Shown here in pieces: positions 17,122 to 21,389 of a stretch of DNA of 21,389 bases. A model generated the notes under the pieces. It was not told the origin of the DNA and did not search any database. It was given only the letters and a program-made list of their open reading frames with translations. The stretch spans positions 1 to 21,389 of the forward strand of contig JBAXKK010000043.1 of assembly GCA_037137395.1 (NCBI GenBank), given 5' to 3'. Both the position numbers and the translations under genes were made by a program. How positions within the stretch are numbered: the first letter of the stretch is position 1; each line of letters starts with the position of its first letter. The DNA is from Elusimicrobiota bacterium (GTDB lineage: Bacteria > Elusimicrobiota > Elusimicrobia > Elusimicrobiales > UBA9959).

Positions 17122-18543
17122 ATGGACCTGCAGTTATACAACACCCTGAGCAGAAGAAAAGAAAAATTTGAACCGCTTAAAGCCGGCGAAGCCGGAATCT
17201 ATGCCTGCGGTCCCACTGTCTATCATTACGCGCATATCGGCAATATGCGCACCTATATGTTTGAGGATATCCTGGTGCGCGCGCTTAAGCTCTTCGGCTA
17301 CAGCGTGAAGCACGTGATGAATATCACTGACGTCGGGCATCTCACTTCCGACGCCGACACCGGCGAAGATAAAATGGAGGTAGGAGCGCGGCGAGAGGGC
17401 AAGTCCGCGTGGGATGTGGCCAAATTCTATACCGAGGCGTTTTTAAAAGATTACAAAGCGCTTAATTGCCGCATGCCCGACGTCCTGTGCCCGGCTACGG
17501 AATATATAAAGGAAATGATCGACCTGGTGAAAGCGCTTGAGGAAAAGGGCTTTACCTACCGCACAGGCGACGGCATATATTTTGACACCGCCAAGCTGCC
17601 CGATTACGGCAAATTGGCCGGAAAAAGTCACATCGAGGGGATCAGGGAGGGCGCGCGTGTGGAGGCTAACGCCGAAAAGCGCAACCCCACCGATTTTTCG
17701 CTTTGGAAGTTTTCCAGGCCGGAAGAAAAGCGCCAGATGGAGTGGGAGTCCCCTTGGGGTAAAGGCTTCCCCGGCTGGCATATCGAATGCTCGGCTATGG
17801 CTATGAGGCACCTGGGTGAAGCTATCGACATTCATTGCGGCGGCGAGGATGCCGTGGCTGTGCATCATACTAACGAAATAGCCCAGTCCGAAGCCGCTAC
17901 GGGCAAGCCGTTCTCTAAATATTGGATGCACGGCAGATTTCTTATTATGGGCGACCTCGGCAAAATGTCAAAGTCCTCCGGCAGTTTCCTGACAGTGCAG
18001 ACTCTGGTGGAAAAAGGATACGCCCCGCTCGTGTACCGCTATTTCTGCTTTACGGCCCATTACCGCAAACAGCTGGAGTTCACATGGGAATCCATGGACG
18101 CTTCATCTAAAGCTCTTGGTACTCTGCGCGAGACCGTGATTAAACTGGCGGAGGAGATCGCCCTGAAAAAAGCAACTCCAAAGTTGGAGAAGGGGGCGGA
18201 CTATTATTGTAAATTCACCGATGCGCTTGCAGACGATCTTAATATGCCGCAGGCCCTTGCGGCGCTTTGGGATACGCTGCGCTCGTCGGATATTTCTCCC
18301 GCGGAAAAACTCGGTTTCGCCCTGGCGGCGGATGAGGTTCTCGGGCTGGATCTGGATAAGGCGCCGGCTGAGGAAGCCCTATCGCCGGAACTCGCGTCTT
18401 TGATCGAACAGCGCCAGCAGGCCAGAAGAGACAAGGACTTTAAAAGGTCCGATGAATTGCGCAAAGAACTTTTAGAGAAAGGCGTGCTGGTGGAAGATAC
18501 CCCCAAAGGCGCTCACTGGAAGCTTGTTAAGAAAACGGCATGA
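17122..18543 (+). CDS. cysS: cysteine--tRNA ligase
   Basis: YACGPTVY, HIGN, NITDVGH, GFPGWHIECSAM, KMSKS. Confidence 0.98.
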   Translation: MDLQLYNTLSRRKEKFEPLKAGEAGIYACGPTVYHYAHIGNMRTYMFEDILVRALKLFGYSVKHVMNITDVGHLTSDADTGEDKMEVGARREGKSAWDVAKFYTEAFLKDYKALNCRMPDVLCPATEYIKEMIDLVKALEEKGFTYRTGDGIYFDTAKLPDYGKLAGKSHIEGIREGARVEANAEKRNPTDFSLWKFSRPEEKRQMEWESPWGKGFPGWHIECSAMAMRHLGEAIDIHCGGEDAVAVHHTNEIAQSEAATGKPFSKYWMHGRFLIMGDLGKMSKSSGSFLTVQTLVEKGYAPLVYRYFCFTAHYRKQLEFTWESMDASSKALGTLRETVIKLAEEIALKKATPKLEKGADYYCKFTDALADDLNMPQALAALWDTLRSSDISPAEKLGFALAADEVLGLDLDKAPAEEALSPELASLIEQRQQARRDKDFKRSDELRKELLEKGVLVEDTPKGAHWKLVKKTA

Positions 18544-19481
18544 AAACCGGACTTCTGAGAATTTTCATCATCCTGTGTTTTGCCTCCCTCAACGCCGGCG
18601 CCGCCGAGGTCAGGTCGTATCAAGCCGGTTCTGAAACGCTCGTTTACTCTAAGCCCGCCTTCTGGGCGACAATAGCCAAAGGCCCCCGCGACCTGCTCAC
18701 GTTCACTGAAAATAGTTTTTCCAAAGAAAGCCTGCCTTGGCTTGCTGCCATCGCGGCTTCCACCCTCGTTCTCATAGAATACGATCAGAAATTATATACA
18801 GGCGCCCAGAAGGTCGGCGGTAAACTCAATATCTCCACGAAAGATAAAACCAAGCCATTCCTGAAGATAGGCAAAATACCGGTTTTGCGCGGCCCCACAG
18901 ATCTGGGTTCGGCTATGTATTTTCTGGGCGATGGCTGGATAAGTCTGGGTTTGTGCGCTTATTTTGAAACCTACGGGCTCATTAAGGACGACTGGCGCGC
19001 TTTGACCACGGGGCATCAGCTGATGGAGGGTTTGCTTGTCACCGGCCTTACTACCCAGGTTCTAAAGCGTGTTACCGGGCGCGAAACCCCGTCGGCCTCT
19101 ACCTCTCCGCGCGGCGTATGGCGCTCTTTCCCGTCTTTTGGAGAATTTCAGAGCCATCGGACGCGGTACGACGCGTTTCCTTCCGGTCATCTGGCCACGG
19201 GCATGATGGCTGTAACCGTTATGGCTGAGAATTATCCGGAAAAAACTCTTATAAAACCCATCGGCTACACACTGCTTGGCGCGCTGAGCTTTCAGATGAT
19301 GAACAACGGCGTCCATTGGGCCAGCGATTATCCGCTGGGGCTCGGCATCGGCTATATGGTCGGCAAGGCGATAACCTCAAACTCCGGGAACAGAATTAAG
19401 AAAACGGCCTCCGTCCTTAAGTTTTATCCCTCACTAATGCCGGGACAGCCGCTTGGCCTCAACATGGCGTACAGTTTTTAG
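18540..19481 (+). CDS. exported PAP2-superfamily protein
   Basis: Signal-peptide-like N-terminus; KRVTGRETP, FPSGH and HWASD motifs; ATGA overlap with cysS. Confidence 0.85.
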   Translation: MKTGLLRIFIILCFASLNAGAAEVRSYQAGSETLVYSKPAFWATIAKGPRDLLTFTENSFSKESLPWLAAIAASTLVLIEYDQKLYTGAQKVGGKLNISTKDKTKPFLKIGKIPVLRGPTDLGSAMYFLGDGWISLGLCAYFETYGLIKDDWRALTTGHQLMEGLLVTGLTTQVLKRVTGRETPSASTSPRGVWRSFPSFGEFQSHRTRYDAFPSGHLATGMMAVTVMAENYPEKTLIKPIGYTLLGALSFQMMNNGVHWASDYPLGLGIGYMVGKAITSNSGNRIKKTASVLKFYPSLMPGQPLGLNMAYSF

Positions 19482-19486
19482 TTATA

Positions 19487-19516
19487 TTGGAAAAAGCCGG
19501 GTTTCTTTGCTAAAAT
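19487..19516 (+). promoter_or_regulatory. sigma70 promoter of tRNA-Gly
   Basis: TTGGAA (19487-19492) ... extended -10 TGcTAAAAT (19508-19516), 30 nt upstream of the tRNA. Confidence 0.55.
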
Positions 19517-19546
19517 ATACAAGCAGAGTATTTTGCAGGCAATAAT

Positions 19547-19620
19547 GCGGGCGTCGTACAGTGGTAGTACGCGACCTTGCCAAGGTTGAGATGAGGGTTC
19601 GATTCCCTTCGCCCGCTCCA
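19547..19620 (+). tRNA. tRNA-Gly (GCC)
   Basis: Acceptor GCGGGCG/CGCCCGC, D arm GTAC-AGTGGTA-GTAC, anticodon arm CGACC-TTGCCAA-GGTTG, T loop TTCGATT, U73 discriminator, encoded CCA. Confidence 0.98.
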
Positions 19621-19625
19621 GATTT

Positions 19626-19653
19626 AAAAACCGGCTTAATAGGCCGGTTTTTT
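19626..19653 (+). terminator. intrinsic terminator after tRNA-Gly
   Basis: AAAAACCGGC...GCCGGTTTTTT. Confidence 0.85.
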
Positions 19654-19670
19654 AATTCCTTAGGCCGTTG

Positions 19671-19806
19671 GGGCGAAAGGAATCGAAGCCGACCTGAGCG
19701 CTCGCGGTGCGAGAAAAGGGGCGCGGCGCCCCGTCAGCGAGGGCGGCCGGCTTCGGAGGAAGGCGCGGGAGCGCCTGGAGGAGAAGGATTCCCTTCGCCC
19801 GCTCCA
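19671..19806 (+). mobile_element. short fold-back (MITE-like) element bounded by inverted and direct copies of the tRNA-Gly 3' end
   Basis: 19787-19806 is identical to tRNA 19601-19620 (20 nt); 19671-19687 is the reverse complement of the tRNA T-arm/acceptor segment (16/17); internal GC hairpins. Confidence 0.55.
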
Positions 19807-19813
19807 AATTTTT

Positions 19814-19839
19814 AGGCCATCTGAGGATGGCCTTTTTTT
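19814..19839 (+). terminator. second terminator after the duplicated tRNA 3' end
   Basis: AGGCCATC-TGAG-GATGGCCT followed by a T run. Confidence 0.8.
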
Positions 19840-19895
19840 ATTTAGTCCAGCGAAGGGAATCCTGCTGATAGGGAAGAGGTCGCTGCCGCTCCCGG

Positions 19896-19911
19896 TCGCC
19901 CGCTCCAGATT
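19896..19911 (+). repeat. third copy of the tRNA-Gly 3' end (att-like)
   Basis: TCGCCCGCTCCAGATT is identical to 19609-19624, including 4 nt beyond the CCA. Confidence 0.75.
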
Positions 19912-19928
19912 GTAAACGTAGATTCTCG

Positions 19929-19960
19929 ACGGCAGCTTTGTGAAGCTGTCGTTTTTCTTT
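19929..19960 (+). terminator. third terminator after the third tRNA-end copy
   Basis: ACGGCAGCTT-TGTG-AAGCTGTCGT followed by TTTTCTTT. Confidence 0.7.
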
Positions 19961-19979
19961 GGTGGTGAGTGAAGGCCTT

Positions 19980-20000
19980 GGTGTCCATATAGGTGTCCAT
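19980..20000. repeat. 9-bp direct repeat pair, possible integrase arm-type sites
   Basis: GGTGTCCAT-ATA-GGTGTCCAT, about 70 nt from the att-like copy. Confidence 0.5.
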
Positions 20001-20138
20001 CCAGAAACAAATGCCGGTATTACAGCCTATGGGTGCCCCTTTAGTGGGCGGGCGTTTATAGTGTGGGGAAGGGCGAGTTTCGGTGCCGCCAGGGCTAAGC
20101 CAATACTTGCGTAGGTGCCGTATCAGGGCCTATGGCCA

Positions 20139-20549
20139 TCAAACGGCCAGCAGGGATTCCATCCACTCAAAGAATCTCCGGGTGATCTTCGCCAGCTCCA
20201 AAGCTTCGGATTCGATTATTTCCCGGTCTTCGTAGGCCGCGAGGAATTTATAATCGATTATCTTTGCAAGGGTTTTGGCTTTGGGGCCGGTGTCGGTATC
20301 TTTTACATGCTGTACCAGCAGGAAGGAAATATCATGGTGCGAATCTCCGGCTGAGCGGATGCCAGCATTGTAGACCAACAGCGCGTCTGCCGAAGAAATG
20401 GCGCAGTGCACTGCATTGAGCCCGGCAGCGTTCCATTCCCTGACGCGCAAAGACGCTTCCATAGAGTTTAAAAATTCTTTGGCCTTTTTGCGGTAAGTGG
20501 TGTAATGGTCTCTTGAAACATCACGGGTTTTATGTTGTTTGGGTGTCAT
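20139..20549 (-). CDS. HEPN domain protein (partner of the MNT)
   Basis: 136 aa helical protein: KAKEFL...WNAAGLNAVHCAISSADALL...RSAGDSH...KFLAAY; ATGA overlap with the upstream nucleotidyltransferase. Confidence 0.8.
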   Translation of the reverse strand: MTPKQHKTRDVSRDHYTTYRKKAKEFLNSMEASLRVREWNAAGLNAVHCAISSADALLVYNAGIRSAGDSHHDISFLLVQHVKDTDTGPKAKTLAKIIDYKFLAAYEDREIIESEALELAKITRRFFEWMESLLAV

Positions 20550-21175
20550 TGTAAAAGTTCCTTAAGGTTTTTGCCGTATATGCCTTGGCCTTCTTTTAAT
20601 ACTTTGAGGATCAAAGGCAACTTCTTCTTATGCTTGGCCCTAATTTCGGCCAGCGGCTGAATGTAGGGCGAAAGGGGGATGCTGAATTGCTTGTAGATCA
20701 GGGTCCGAAGATCCTGTATTCGATCCTCGATGTCCTTTGCGCTTGCGGCGTCATGGGTGACTATGAGCAAGTCCAGGTCGCTATTAAGGCGTTCATGCCC
20801 TGTGGCCATACTTCCAAAGATCGCAGCGGAAAGGATCTTTTTGTTTTCCGGATAATCAGTGAAAAATTTATTGATGGTTTTCAGGACCTGGCCGGGCAGT
20901 TCGTCCTCGGTTTGGAATAAAGGGGCAAAAACATTCTTAACCAGGTAATTGTCGGAATTTATCTTATAAAGATGGACATTGGAGACGCGCCTGAAAAGCG
21001 CAAGACCCCTGGCATCAAGCTGCTTTAGCGCCTCATGGCAGGCCGGGGCGCTTAAGCCTGTTTGCCTGGCTATTTCCCTGCCGCTCCATTCGGCGCGGCT
21101 CTTCCAAAGGAAGCGCAGGATCAGCGCCGGGGACTTTTGACTGAGCAGGGAAAGCGCGGATAGCTTTTGTGTCAT
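20546..21175 (-). CDS. winged-HTH + minimal nucleotidyltransferase (MNT) fusion, putative antitoxin/regulator
   Basis: N-terminal HTH SGREIARQTGLSAPACHEALKQL; C-terminal IFGSMATGHERLNSDLDLLIV (GS-x10-DxD); ATG 21175 preferred to TTG 21196. Confidence 0.85.
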   Translation of the reverse strand: MTQKLSALSLLSQKSPALILRFLWKSRAEWSGREIARQTGLSAPACHEALKQLDARGLALFRRVSNVHLYKINSDNYLVKNVFAPLFQTEDELPGQVLKTINKFFTDYPENKKILSAAIFGSMATGHERLNSDLDLLIVTHDAASAKDIEDRIQDLRTLIYKQFSIPLSPYIQPLAEIRAKHKKKLPLILKVLKEGQGIYGKNLKELLQ

Positions 21176-21190
21176 ATCGTTAATATAAAC

Positions 21191-21202
21191 TAACAATTGT
21201 TA
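21191..21202. promoter_or_regulatory. palindromic operator candidate for the HTH-MNT protein
   Basis: Perfect 12-bp palindrome TAACAATTGTTA between the promoter and ATG 21175. Confidence 0.45.
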
Positions 21203-21218
21203 ATAAATTCTTACAACT

Positions 21219-21247
21219 AGTATATCAGGTCAAAGTTGCCGCGTCAA
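21219..21247 (-). promoter_or_regulatory. near-consensus sigma70 promoter of the MNT-HEPN operon
   Basis: Minus strand TTGACG (21247-21242), 17 nt, TGaTATACT (21227-21219). Confidence 0.75.
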
Positions 21248-21284
21248 GGGGTGATTTTCTAAAGGCGCAGAAAAGCCTATTGAT

Positions 21285-21321
21285 ATGTACAAAACCCTTA
21301 GATTCTAAGGGTTTTGTGCAT
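21285..21321. repeat. 37-bp near-perfect palindrome
   Basis: ATGTACAAAACCCTTAGA-T-TCTAAGGGTTTTGTGCAT: 18-bp arms, 1 mismatch, 1-nt centre. Confidence 0.85.
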
Positions 21322-21389
21322 GAAACCGAGATGAGTGTTAACGCCAGTCTTGTAATGTACCGGTTTAGTCGGTGTTAAGTGTACCAGCC

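Noticed and set aside
99..19316. Numerous antisense and alternate-frame ORFs inside core genes
   Set aside because: Shadow ORFs expected from GC-rich codon usage, with no motifs or independent signals
19601..19911. CRISPR array interpretation of the repeated 16-20-mers
   Set aside because: The repeats are tRNA 3' ends with irregular spacing of about 100-190 nt, and there are no cas genes
19561..20010. ORFs 19561-19815 (+) and 19660-20010 (-)
   Set aside because: They overlap the tRNA, terminators and the fold-back element and have no recognisable protein features

Overview
Bacterial chromosomal segment made mostly of core genes. In order: a peptidoglycan-recycling pair (AmgK-like kinase fused to a RapZ C-terminal domain, then MurU), a frameshifted TMTC-like GT-C/TPR membrane protein gene (minus strand), a SAM methyltransferase, rpsF-ssb-rpsR-rplI-dnaB-alr, a minimal mlaE-mlaF-mlaD system with a long MlaD, radA-PIN/TRAM-ispDF, a lipoprotein, cysS, a PAP2-family protein and tRNA-Gly(GCC). 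After the tRNA come repeated tRNA 3' ends and the probable edge of an integrated element carrying an HTH-MNT/HEPN pair. A diderm host is suggested by the gene content; Elusimicrobiota is my unverified impression. The most unusual signals are non-coding. (1) A ~335-nt highly structured element at 4178-4513 contains a tRNA-Gly-like 3' end without a tRNA and an anti-SD switch-like pairing. (2) A fold-back element at 19671-19806 is built from inverted and direct copies of the tRNA-Gly 3' end. (3) Degenerate 7/8-nt tandem arrays, several with two complementary arms, sit in six gene junctions with a different unit at each site. All calls come from reading the sequence by eye; no searches were run.
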